Source of the DNA: a virus
Taxonomy: Duplodnaviria; Caudoviricetes
Reading direction: 5' to 3' (one strand)
DNA length: 64,000 nt
Virus record (IMG/VR): IMGVR_UViG_3300021399_000166
Coordinates: 1,034-65,033 of that record
The position numbers and the translations under genes are program-made. Shown in pieces: positions 17,726 through 27,162 of the stretch. Positions within the stretch are counted from its first letter, which is position 1. Each line of letters starts with the position of its first letter. The notes beneath the pieces were generated by a model, which ran no database searches, was not told the DNA's origin, and saw nothing but the letters and a program-made list of their open reading frames with translations.

Positions 17726-20557
17726 ATGGCAGACCTTAATACAATACAAGACGCATTAGATAATATATTATTTGAAATACGACGTGGTGGTGGTACAACT
17801 TCAGCAGGTAATTCGTCTAATAACAACACATCGTCAGGCGGTGGAACAGGTAATAAAATAGCAGACGAAGTTAACAAATGGACTAATCGTTTAGCAGGTG
17901 GCGCTAAAGCGGTAACATCCATTTATCTTAAAAATTTAGAAAAAGAACAAAATATATGGTTACAACAGCAGAAGGTTTATGCTAAAACGTTGGAGACTGG
18001 AAAGGGAATTTTCGAAAGAAACATGTCAGCCTTTGGTAAAGGTATGCAAGGTGCATTAAATTCCACTTTTAGTTCTATATTACAAGGTGTTACAGACGGT
18101 GCTTATGCTGCTGCAAGTAATTCTATTGATTATGCAACAGAAGCAATGAAAACCTCATTCAAGGATTTTTCAGCACGTGCTGCATTAGGTTTCTTTAAAG
18201 CAACCACTGAAGCTGAAACCAAATTACGCAATAAACAACTTACTTACGAACAAATAAGTGCAGGGATTAATGGTGTTAATAGTGTAGCCAGTACATTTAA
18301 AGGACCTTGGGCTGTATTTGCAGGCGTTATTACTAACATTGCAAGTAATATTGCTGATATAACGAAAGAAATTGATGTAACAACGGACAAGATTGAACTT
18401 GATAAACTTAAGATGAAAACACAGATAGAACAACAAAAGATAGATACAATCAATGATTTAATGTCACAGGTACTTGATTTTTCTTCGAGTTTCGGTAAAG
18501 CAACATTAGATTATTCAAAATCTATTGAAAAAGTTGTACAAACAACAGATGAAAGTGCAAAACAGATTGCAAATATAACAGGTATGTCAGCTACTAATGC
18601 CAAACAATATGAAGATTTTATGTTTAAAACACTAAAAAACTTAAGTTTTCAAAATAGTGAAGGTAAAACGACATATTTGAATGAAGATAGTAAGAGTCTT
18701 CTGCAAGCACAAAGATTGTATAATGAAGCAACCACACGTAACCAAGTAATGTCAAGTGAAGAATTTATTAAGAATTCAATGTTAGGTACTGTGTTAGGTG
18801 ATAAAAATCTTGCTTCAACTTTATTAGGCGATATGGATTATTTCAATAAGTCAATCGAAACAGGTACTGATTTGATTTTTGAAATGTTTAAAGAAGCCAA
18901 CAAAGCAGGTGTGTCAAATAAGAAATTTGCAAAGGATTTACAACAAAACCTTAAACTTGCACAGAAATACACTTTTAAGGGTGGTATTAAAGGTATGATG
19001 GAAATGAGTCTATGGGCGCAGAAAACACGTTTTAATATGCAAGGTCTTGAAAGTATTGTTGATAAAGTACAAGATGGTGGTTTGGAAGGTGTAATCACAC
19101 AGGCAGCCAAACTTCAAGTATTAGGTGGACATATGGCGATGGGTTCAGACCCTATTGCCATGATGTATGAAGCATGGTCAGACCCTGAATCACTTGCAAA
19201 ACGTTTTAGTGATATGACAAAGGGTATTGGACATTTTAATTCCAAAACGGGAGAAGTTGATATTAAGGGTGCTGATGCAATGATGCTGAAACAATATGCA
19301 GAGGCAACAGGTATTAATTATAATGATGCACGTGCTCAGATTACACAAAGAATAAAGGGTGAACAAATTGACAAACAATTAAGAAATAAATATACAGACC
19401 AACAAAAGGCTTTGATATATAACAAGGCAAAACTTAACGAAAATGGCGATTGGGTAGTAACACTTGACAATGGACAAACAAAAGGTATCAACGAATTGGG
19501 AGAAGGTGATTGGAATTCATTAATGCCTACGGAAGAAAGTATAGAGGATTACGTATCAAAGATATATAGTATTCTTGCAGGAGAAGGTAGTGCTAAAAAC
19601 AAACAGCAAGCCGATTTAGCGGATGCAACAAAAGATACTTTTTTTGAAGAGTTCGCAAAACGTATTGGTTTAACACTATCTTCAACACAAGGTAATCGTG
19701 GTGAAACATTAGTTGAAATGATAAAAACAGGTGCGCAAGAAGCGACAACCTTGATGGATTTGGAATTACAACGTTTTGAAGATATGAAAGGTAAGTTTAA
19801 AGATATCTTTGATATAATAAATAAAAACGTCATGGAAGCCACAAATAAGTTTAGTGAAAGTGGCAGTATTTTTAATACTTTAATAGAGGCATCATTAAAT
19901 AGGATAGACAGTGATACTCTTCTTCAAAGAATATATGGTACAGGCGATGAACCGACAGTTGCGAAAAAAGAAAAGAGTGAAATTGAACAAATAGAAGAAA
20001 ATATTAAACGTTTAGAGACAGAAGCAAAGAAAGACGGGAGTCTTAATCTTGATAGAAGATTTAAACTTAAACAAGCACATGCAGATTTATATCTTGCAAA
20101 TGCTAGTAAAGATTGGGATGAAGGTAAATATGGAAGTTCTATTTGGAATTGGGTTAAAGGAACATTTATTGATAGCGGTCGTTCAGGCGCTCGTTTGGCA
20201 GGACAAAAAACTCAACAAATCAACGATGGTATTATAACAAATAATGGTATTGTTCAATCCGACCCGAAAGATGTTGCTATCTTTGCAAAAGAAGGTGGTC
20301 CTATCGGTAAGTTCCTTAATGATTTGACCGCAGATGTTCATACGGCATTGGGTAATGGTGGAATGAATGGTGGTAAGATGAACATTGAATTAAGTGGCAA
20401 ATTGGAATTGTCATCAGGTGGTCAGACCATTAACATTTTGGAAGAAATGAAGAAGAATCCGTTATTTGTAAGGAATTTGACACAATTATTGGCTGAAAAC
20501 TTATCTCAATCAAAGAACGGTGGTCGTGGTAAGAGTATTACGTCAAGAGTTGTTTAA
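17726..20557 (+). CDS. Tape measure protein
   Basis: 943 aa, Ala/Gly/Gln-rich helical composition, located after tube and chaperone and before the baseplate hub. Confidence 0.75.
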   Translation: MADLNTIQDALDNILFEIRRGGGTTSAGNSSNNNTSSGGGTGNKIADEVNKWTNRLAGGAKAVTSIYLKNLEKEQNIWLQQQKVYAKTLETGKGIFERNMSAFGKGMQGALNSTFSSILQGVTDGAYAAASNSIDYATEAMKTSFKDFSARAALGFFKATTEAETKLRNKQLTYEQISAGINGVNSVASTFKGPWAVFAGVITNIASNIADITKEIDVTTDKIELDKLKMKTQIEQQKIDTINDLMSQVLDFSSSFGKATLDYSKSIEKVVQTTDESAKQIANITGMSATNAKQYEDFMFKTLKNLSFQNSEGKTTYLNEDSKSLLQAQRLYNEATTRNQVMSSEEFIKNSMLGTVLGDKNLASTLLGDMDYFNKSIETGTDLIFEMFKEANKAGVSNKKFAKDLQQNLKLAQKYTFKGGIKGMMEMSLWAQKTRFNMQGLESIVDKVQDGGLEGVITQAAKLQVLGGHMAMGSDPIAMMYEAWSDPESLAKRFSDMTKGIGHFNSKTGEVDIKGADAMMLKQYAEATGINYNDARAQITQRIKGEQIDKQLRNKYTDQQKALIYNKAKLNENGDWVVTLDNGQTKGINELGEGDWNSLMPTEESIEDYVSKIYSILAGEGSAKNKQQADLADATKDTFFEEFAKRIGLTLSSTQGNRGETLVEMIKTGAQEATTLMDLELQRFEDMKGKFKDIFDIINKNVMEATNKFSESGSIFNTLIEASLNRIDSDTLLQRIYGTGDEPTVAKKEKSEIEQIEENIKRLETEAKKDGSLNLDRRFKLKQAHADLYLANASKDWDEGKYGSSIWNWVKGTFIDSGRSGARLAGQKTQQINDGIITNNGIVQSDPKDVAIFAKEGGPIGKFLNDLTADVHTALGNGGMNGGKMNIELSGKLELSSGGQTINILEEMKKNPLFVRNLTQLLAENLSQSKNGGRGKSITSRVV

Positions 20558-20622
20558 AAAACTCAAAAGGATTATAATTATTAATATAATAAATTGTCGG
20601 AAAACGTACATTATAAAGAGAT

Positions 20623-23600
20623 ATGGAATTAAGTGCATTTGATACATTGATTACAACCCCTATTGAAGAATATTGTGCCAATGATATGGGGTATCGTCAG
20701 ATGTTAAGATTAATGGAAATTAACGCTGAAGCCAAATATGCGAGAAACGTGTTATTTGGTGATGGTGTCACAGGCTCGTCAGGCAAGGTCTCAGACGAAG
20801 CCTTGCTTTATGACTATACATATACCAAAGATACCAATTATTTGAATAAATTTCAGTTAAATCATGCACCTGAGACGACCACAAAAGTCGTTACAAGAAA
20901 TGATAATGTACAAGATTATAGTAAAGATGGACACAATAAATTATATGGCGTTCATGTAAACCTATATCATGATGATAATGGCACGGGTTCTGATGATTTT
21001 ACCGACGAGAAGAAGACTGACTATTACATAGCTAATAGAAATGAGGAAAGTATTCTTGCTAAGACCAAGAAACTTTTCAATGCACGTAAGGTAAACACGA
21101 TTATAAGCCGTTTCTACACAGATAATCCGAACAACAAGCCGAATGATGTGTCAGAAACGGCATCAAGTGAAAAATATAAATTGTCCCACGGTAGAAATCT
21201 TCTTACATATGATGCTGAAAGAAAGGGTATAGCGTATAGAAGAAACGGTTATGAAGACCCATATTGCCGTGTATGGACACATCACCATCAATATAGCCAA
21301 TATAGAGGAAGACTGATTAGACCTTTCTCTGTTGATAATAGTTTTGGGTTAACTTCCGAAGATAAACCTTATACAGTAACAAAAACGAGTGATTTTCATA
21401 AATGGACTCATTTTACAAATCACAAATATCGTAAAGAAATTGGTGATAAAGGTGTTGACATACGTGGATGGAAAGCAGATGGTGCGAAAGACTATGAACT
21501 TTCAGTTTTGAACAATGAAACTGGTATTGTCAATATTGCACCAAAATTCTTAGGTGGTGCAGAAAAGAACATACATACAAAAGACTGTATGTTTTCAATT
21601 GAAAATCTTGCATGGCAAGGTTACGACCCTTATTCTTTTGAAAAGGCTTTATCATGGGAACAACGAGGTCCTTTTGGCGGAAGAATAATGTGGTTTCCGC
21701 CATATGGTTTAAGATTTAGTGAAGATACAAGCGTACAATGGAACGAACATAGTTTCATTGGTAGAGGTGAAAATGTATTTACATACACAAATACGGCAAG
21801 AAGTGGTACACTTGAATTTATGATGGTTGTAGACCACCCTTCAATAGTTGACTATGCTACATGGTATGACCCAAAGGATTTGAAAGACAGTGACATTCTT
21901 CGTTTCTTTGCGGGATGTGATGGTGGTGACGGCAGTTTGCGAAATTTTGCGATGCCAACACCATTGACTGATGAATATTTGGAAAAGAGACAGACAAAAA
22001 CAGTAAACGAAGAGACTTTTGTACCACAAGAGATACCTTCTGATGAGGAAATTGAACTTAATTTTTATGTTTTCTACCCAAATAATTATAGTGGATATTA
22101 TGACCAACCAAGCAGTGATATAGAGGCTATTGCCTATCTGTTGGCAGGTAACGGAACACAATGGTTAACTTATCCGTCAGATGTTACATTGTCAACCCCG
22201 ATGCCATTGAAGTTCGATGATATGAAGGATAGCATTTGGAAAGGCAACGGTTATGAAATGGCAAATAGTGGCAGCAATATAGAAGACCAAGAAGCAAGTC
22301 ATAACTATATAATTGGTACGACACCAAATTGGAATCAGTACAAATCTAAAACATATGTACCTGATAACAATAAACATTGGTACTATCGCATAGACGGTGA
22401 ATATAAGGTAGAATCCAAAACGAGTACTGCACAATATAAAAATACCTTTGACCAAACACTTTTGCGTAAAACAAACTATGAAGATAAAAAAGAAAATAAT
22501 TTAAATTTAAATTGTAATCATGAATCAGTAAGGGCTTTATTCCCAGAAGAACAAAACAACAAAAACCTTTATAGTTTGGCGGAAATTGCATATGCTTTAT
22601 CAAGTGATTGGCAAAACATTACAACAGAAGGTGAAGAATATCAAGAAAATGATAAACAAAAATTTATCAGAACACAGAGTGGAAAATATATTAAACCAGA
22701 AGATGAAAGAATAAAGAAATTGGTTGAGATGTTAGACCCAAGGGAAAGTTCAATCTATAAAATAGTCGGGTTGAATGCTGTGGGTTATTCCAATATACAT
22801 GGTAATAATAAAATAAGTGAAACTAATAAAAGACGTAATGATTTTCTTGCAGAACAAAGGGCTAAAACAGCCTTGATGTGGATAAAGACACAATATGGTC
22901 ATGGCAGTGTTACTATAGAAGGTGGTAACGAGGCTTCAAAGGCGAGTGTGAAAGTAAACAAGGAAGATACTGACGATGTAAATGGAAAAACAGCAAAAAA
23001 ATGGCGTTCTGCAAGAGTTACTTTAAAAATAAGAAAGAGTGAGGCAAAAAATATTGAAAAACTTAATAATGAAAATGCGGAGAAATTTGAACGTTTTCAA
23101 GGTTTCCGTCCATTAAATAGGACAGAAAATGTAAATGGTAAAGAAGTTGAATTGTTTGAAAACATAAACGAAGATAATGTGCAAGGAAAAGCACACAGAC
23201 CTTGGTATTATGATAAAGAAACTCAACAAATGATTGTTTATGGCAAAGAATATGAGTCACAGTTAAGAAATGGTGCTGCCGATACAAGAAAATGGGCTTC
23301 TGAATTATTGGCTGAAAAATATGATAGTGCGGAAGGTGATGAAAATAATCTACGATACGACCAAGAATACCATTTCTTCAAACAATTAGAAGCAAAACAT
23401 CCTGATGTCTTTGCTTCATTAAAGGAGAAACTTCAATATTTTGACCCTGCATTCCATAGTATGACACCTGAAGGATTTATGGGCAGACTTACCTTCTTGC
23501 AACAATGTACAAGACAAGGTGATACCAAGAGTGCTTCGGATAAGGATGGTTATACTGCAAATAACCTTGCTTTCGGTAAACCGCCTTTCTGTATACTTAG

Positions 23601-23952
23601 ATTGGGTGATTTCTATTATCAGAAAATTGTAATAAAAAACATATCAATAAACTATGACCCACTTGTATTAGACTTAAATCAGGAAGGTATAGGTGTTGTA
23701 CCTCTTATCGCAAATGTTACGATTTCATTTAATTTCATCGGCGGCGGTGATTTGACAGGTCCTGTTAGAAGATTACAGAATGCGATGTCATTTAATTATT
23801 TTGCAAACTCACGTCTCTATGATAACCGTGCCGACCGTATTGAATATGAAAAGACAAATTGGGAAACAATGGGTGCGATGGAAAACCATAAGGTGAATTT
23901 TGATGATAAAGATGGGTCTTATTTCCATCATGTTGAAATGGCTAAACATTAA
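20623..23952 (+). CDS. Baseplate/tail-initiator protein with OmpA-like domain
   Basis: WFPPYGL.FSE...W....F.GR.E..Y.Y.N..RSG.L.F; central VGYS...N..LAEQRA; C-terminal P...LR.GDFY..K..I..I.I.Y. Confidence 0.6.
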   Translation: MELSAFDTLITTPIEEYCANDMGYRQMLRLMEINAEAKYARNVLFGDGVTGSSGKVSDEALLYDYTYTKDTNYLNKFQLNHAPETTTKVVTRNDNVQDYSKDGHNKLYGVHVNLYHDDNGTGSDDFTDEKKTDYYIANRNEESILAKTKKLFNARKVNTIISRFYTDNPNNKPNDVSETASSEKYKLSHGRNLLTYDAERKGIAYRRNGYEDPYCRVWTHHHQYSQYRGRLIRPFSVDNSFGLTSEDKPYTVTKTSDFHKWTHFTNHKYRKEIGDKGVDIRGWKADGAKDYELSVLNNETGIVNIAPKFLGGAEKNIHTKDCMFSIENLAWQGYDPYSFEKALSWEQRGPFGGRIMWFPPYGLRFSEDTSVQWNEHSFIGRGENVFTYTNTARSGTLEFMMVVDHPSIVDYATWYDPKDLKDSDILRFFAGCDGGDGSLRNFAMPTPLTDEYLEKRQTKTVNEETFVPQEIPSDEEIELNFYVFYPNNYSGYYDQPSSDIEAIAYLLAGNGTQWLTYPSDVTLSTPMPLKFDDMKDSIWKGNGYEMANSGSNIEDQEASHNYIIGTTPNWNQYKSKTYVPDNNKHWYYRIDGEYKVESKTSTAQYKNTFDQTLLRKTNYEDKKENNLNLNCNHESVRALFPEEQNNKNLYSLAEIAYALSSDWQNITTEGEEYQENDKQKFIRTQSGKYIKPEDERIKKLVEMLDPRESSIYKIVGLNAVGYSNIHGNNKISETNKRRNDFLAEQRAKTALMWIKTQYGHGSVTIEGGNEASKASVKVNKEDTDDVNGKTAKKWRSARVTLKIRKSEAKNIEKLNNENAEKFERFQGFRPLNRTENVNGKEVELFENINEDNVQGKAHRPWYYDKETQQMIVYGKEYESQLRNGAADTRKWASELLAEKYDSAEGDENNLRYDQEYHFFKQLEAKHPDVFASLKEKLQYFDPAFHSMTPEGFMGRLTFLQQCTRQGDTKSASDKDGYTANNLAFGKPPFCILRLGDFYYQKIVIKNISINYDPLVLDLNQEGIGVVPLIANVTISFNFIGGGDLTGPVRRLQNAMSFNYFANSRLYDNRADRIEYEKTNWETMGAMENHKVNFDDKDGSYFHHVEMAKH

Positions 23953-23987
23953 TTATATAAATGTGCATATATAAAAATTTTTAATTT

Positions 23988-24302
23988 ATGGATACACAAT
24001 ATTACGATAGATACAATTCATTTAGGAGAGATGGTACTATTACAAAGATACCTTCTATTAGGATTGATACATATAACACTGATTTATATATAACATTTGA
24101 TAAGAGCAGAATGAGGTTGGATTCATTATCTTACAAATATTATGGCGACGCAAATTATGCATGGTTATTAATGATGGCAAATCCTCAATATGGAAGTATG
24201 GAATTTGATATACCTGACAAAGTTATGTTCAGAATTCCCTATCCGTTGGATAGTGCTTTGTTAAGATATGAGATAAAAGTGAAAGAAAAAATGAATAGTT
24301 AA
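23988..24302 (+). CDS. LysM-like baseplate wedge protein (gp53/tail X-like)
   Basis: RLD.LSYKYYGD...WLL..ANP......IP....RIP. Confidence 0.7.
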   Translation: MDTQYYDRYNSFRRDGTITKIPSIRIDTYNTDLYITFDKSRMRLDSLSYKYYGDANYAWLLMMANPQYGSMEFDIPDKVMFRIPYPLDSALLRYEIKVKEKMNS

Positions 24303-24321
24303 CATTTTTTAACTAAAAATA

Positions 24322-24355
24322 TTTGGTTATGTTATAAAAATATATTAATTTTGCA
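24322..24355 (+). promoter_or_regulatory. Bacteroidota sigmaA-type promoter
   Basis: TTTGG at 24322 and TATTAATTTTGCA at 24343-24355. Confidence 0.7.
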
Positions 24356-24434
24356 TTAATAAAACCAAAATAATGGTTTTGCATCGTTTTAATACATATT
24401 AAAATGATGCAATTTTAAATAAAATGAATTACCA

Positions 24435-25304
24435 ATGAATGAGTTAGAAAATAAAATAATTGAAAAAGTTAAGAAAATTGTTTCACAAAAGATAAATGAA
24501 AGTATAGAATTAATAACAGAAAAATGGTCAATTTCAGACGAAGTGGATATTTTTTCTGAAAAAATGTTAAAAGATATTCTCCTTGATATTCCAAATGCCA
24601 AACAAGAATTCATAGATGATGGTTTGTTGTTTGTGTCAAATATAATCAAGAATTATTCAATATGTGAACAAAGTTTTGAACTAAATTATTACATATATAA
24701 TTGTTCAAATGAGAGACTGTGTGATTTTGTTTACAAAGAAGCCATGAATTTGAATGGATATGAAGAGGACAAAAAAGTCTTACATCTTACTTTGTATATG
24801 ATAAAGAATATATGGAAAATGGAATATTGTGAGAAAAATGTTTCACACGAAATTGAACATATTTTGCAAATTAATTATGGCTTTACAAAAAATGAAAATT
24901 ATAAAAAATTAACAGATGACGCATATGAACATGCAAACTATATATTGAGGCAAGAAAGTGGTTACAGTAAGGTTGATAGAAATATTGCGTGGATTGTATA
25001 TTATAGCAATTCCCATGAACAGGATGCATTTATGCAAGAGTATGCAAGAGAATTAAGGAGAAATCCATCATTAATATTAACAAAAAAATCTGAGACACAC
25101 AAAATATTTAATATCTATGAACAATATTGTCAATATTTTTTGGAAAACAAAGACCAAATAGCAGTCAAAAACGCTGTTAAACAATATAGGATTTTTGGAT
25201 ATAATATGAAGAATTTTCAAATGATGGCAACAAAACAATTGAAACGTTTTAAGAAAAAAATGACCAATATAGAAAAAAACTTTAAAGATAAAATTAATAG
25301 ATAA
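24435..25304 (+). CDS. HExxH protein (possible zincin-like metallopeptidase)
   Basis: SHEIEH plus downstream EQDA. Confidence 0.45.
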   Translation: MNELENKIIEKVKKIVSQKINESIELITEKWSISDEVDIFSEKMLKDILLDIPNAKQEFIDDGLLFVSNIIKNYSICEQSFELNYYIYNCSNERLCDFVYKEAMNLNGYEEDKKVLHLTLYMIKNIWKMEYCEKNVSHEIEHILQINYGFTKNENYKKLTDDAYEHANYILRQESGYSKVDRNIAWIVYYSNSHEQDAFMQEYARELRRNPSLILTKKSETHKIFNIYEQYCQYFLENKDQIAVKNAVKQYRIFGYNMKNFQMMATKQLKRFKKKMTNIEKNFKDKINR

Positions 25305-25322
25305 CTAATAATATTAATAAAA

Positions 25323-26117
25323 ATGAAACAGTATCTTGATTTATTGTATAAAATTAAAGAAGAAGGTGTTATAAGAGAAGACAGAACAGGCACAGGTACA
25401 AAAAGTATCTTCGGTTATCAGATGCGTTTTAACATGAAGGATGGTTTTCCATTGCTTACAACAAAAAAGTTGCATTTAAAATCAATTATTCATGAATTAC
25501 TTTGGTTTCTTTCGGGTGATACCAATATAAAATATCTACAAGATAATGGTGTACGTATTTGGAATGAATGGGCAGACGAAAATGGTGACTTAGGACCTGT
25601 TTACGGACATCAATGGAGGTCGTGGAGTGACTATAAAGGTGGAACAATAGACCAGATACAACAAGCCGTAGATTTAATCAAGAATAATCCTAATTCAAGA
25701 CGTATTTTGGTTAGTGCGTGGAATCCCGCCGATATTGATAATATGGCGTTACCACCTTGTCATTGTCTTTTTCAATTTTATGTTGCCGATGGTAAATTGT
25801 CGCTTCAATTATATCAAAGGAGTGCAGACGTGTTTCTCGGTGTACCATTTAATATTGCATCATATGCTCTTCTCTTACAAATGATGGCACAGGTAACGGG
25901 TCTTGAATGTGGTGATTTTGTTCACACAACAGGTGATACTCATCTTTATCTTAATCATCTTAAACAGGTTGATACGCAGTTAATGAGAACACCACGTCCA
26001 TTACCGAAAATGAAAATAAATCCCGATGTAAAAGATATTTTTTCATTCAAATATGAGGATTTTGAATTGACTGATTATAATCCTTGGCCACACATTAAAG
26101 CAGAAGTCAGTGTTTAA
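25323..26117 (+). CDS. thyA: Thymidylate synthase
   Basis: [46 protein letters not shown]. Confidence 0.98.
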   Translation: MKQYLDLLYKIKEEGVIREDRTGTGTKSIFGYQMRFNMKDGFPLLTTKKLHLKSIIHELLWFLSGDTNIKYLQDNGVRIWNEWADENGDLGPVYGHQWRSWSDYKGGTIDQIQQAVDLIKNNPNSRRILVSAWNPADIDNMALPPCHCLFQFYVADGKLSLQLYQRSADVFLGVPFNIASYALLLQMMAQVTGLECGDFVHTTGDTHLYLNHLKQVDTQLMRTPRPLPKMKINPDVKDIFSFKYEDFELTDYNPWPHIKAEVSV

Positions 26118-26142
26118 TTGTTTAATGTAAAAATAAAATAAC

Positions 26143-27093
26143 ATGAAAAAGATAATTTCGATAATTTTTGTATTTCTTTTGACTGTATGTGGTTTCTCTC
26201 AGGAATTAAACCACAAGGGTTTAAAAATGGTAAAAAGAATAGAATTTTGTAAGGGTTGGTCAAAACCATACTATACTATTTCTTTTGAATATAATAAAGA
26301 TAAGCAATTGTCATGTATGATTAAAAACAGTTTGATATGTATTGACAGTTGCAAGAGAGAATGTAAGAGGTTAATAAGAAAGAAATACAAATTTGACAAG
26401 AATATCAATGACAAGCCGATTGGTAAGAGGTTAGACCGTGAATATAGTTATACATACAAACTCAATGATGACGGTTATATCACCTATATTGATGCAAGAT
26501 GTATCAGTTATCGTAATGATATCTTTTCCGAAAGATATAAATTGGAATATAATGAGTGGAACAAACTGTTATATAAAATAGAATGTCAAAATTACACTAA
26601 GTATTATAATAAAAAGGATTATTGTAAACTTTCGGATAAATATGTGTGGTTGGTTGATTATAATGATGACAAGTCATATGTTGTAAGGGAAGTTACAGGC
26701 GGAAATGATAGTATGATAAAAACAGAACAACATGAAAAATATTATAAAGACAAAATAAATGACACAAATATTGATTTTTCATTTATTGATGACTATTATA
26801 CCACGTCGGATGTCTTTAATATACTAATGACGGAGTGGGTGAACAACAGGAGTAAATACCTTTATAAAGGTGATTGGGTTATGAATGCACCTCGTACTTG
26901 TCCTAAGTGTAAGGGAGATAATATTCTTTTATCATACGATGAACCTGAGTATTCTTGTAAGGATTGTGGGTATGGTGAAAACGAAGGTTGGTTAAATAAA
27001 TATATTTATCATTATGATAACAATGGTAATATAACAGAAATTAGTGTCTATCATCATGATAGATGGGAAAAGACAATAAAAATATATTATTGA
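26143..27093 (+). CDS. Exported Tyr/Lys-rich beta protein with Zn ribbon
   Basis: Signal-peptide-like MKKIISIIFVFLLTVCGFS; CPKC...CKDC near the C-terminus; Y.YD.NGN..I motif. Confidence 0.6.
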   Translation: MKKIISIIFVFLLTVCGFSQELNHKGLKMVKRIEFCKGWSKPYYTISFEYNKDKQLSCMIKNSLICIDSCKRECKRLIRKKYKFDKNINDKPIGKRLDREYSYTYKLNDDGYITYIDARCISYRNDIFSERYKLEYNEWNKLLYKIECQNYTKYYNKKDYCKLSDKYVWLVDYNDDKSYVVREVTGGNDSMIKTEQHEKYYKDKINDTNIDFSFIDDYYTTSDVFNILMTEWVNNRSKYLYKGDWVMNAPRTCPKCKGDNILLSYDEPEYSCKDCGYGENEGWLNKYIYHYDNNGNITEISVYHHDRWEKTIKIYY

Positions 27094-27104
27094 TTTTGAT
27101 TTTT

Positions 27105-27157
27105 TGACTACTTATTGTTATAAAAGTAATTTTTGTAATAACAAGTAGTCATTTTTT
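27105..27157 (+). terminator. Intrinsic terminator
   Basis: TGACTACTT...AAGTAGTCA stem followed by TTTTTT. Confidence 0.6.
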
Positions 27158-27162
27158 ATTTC

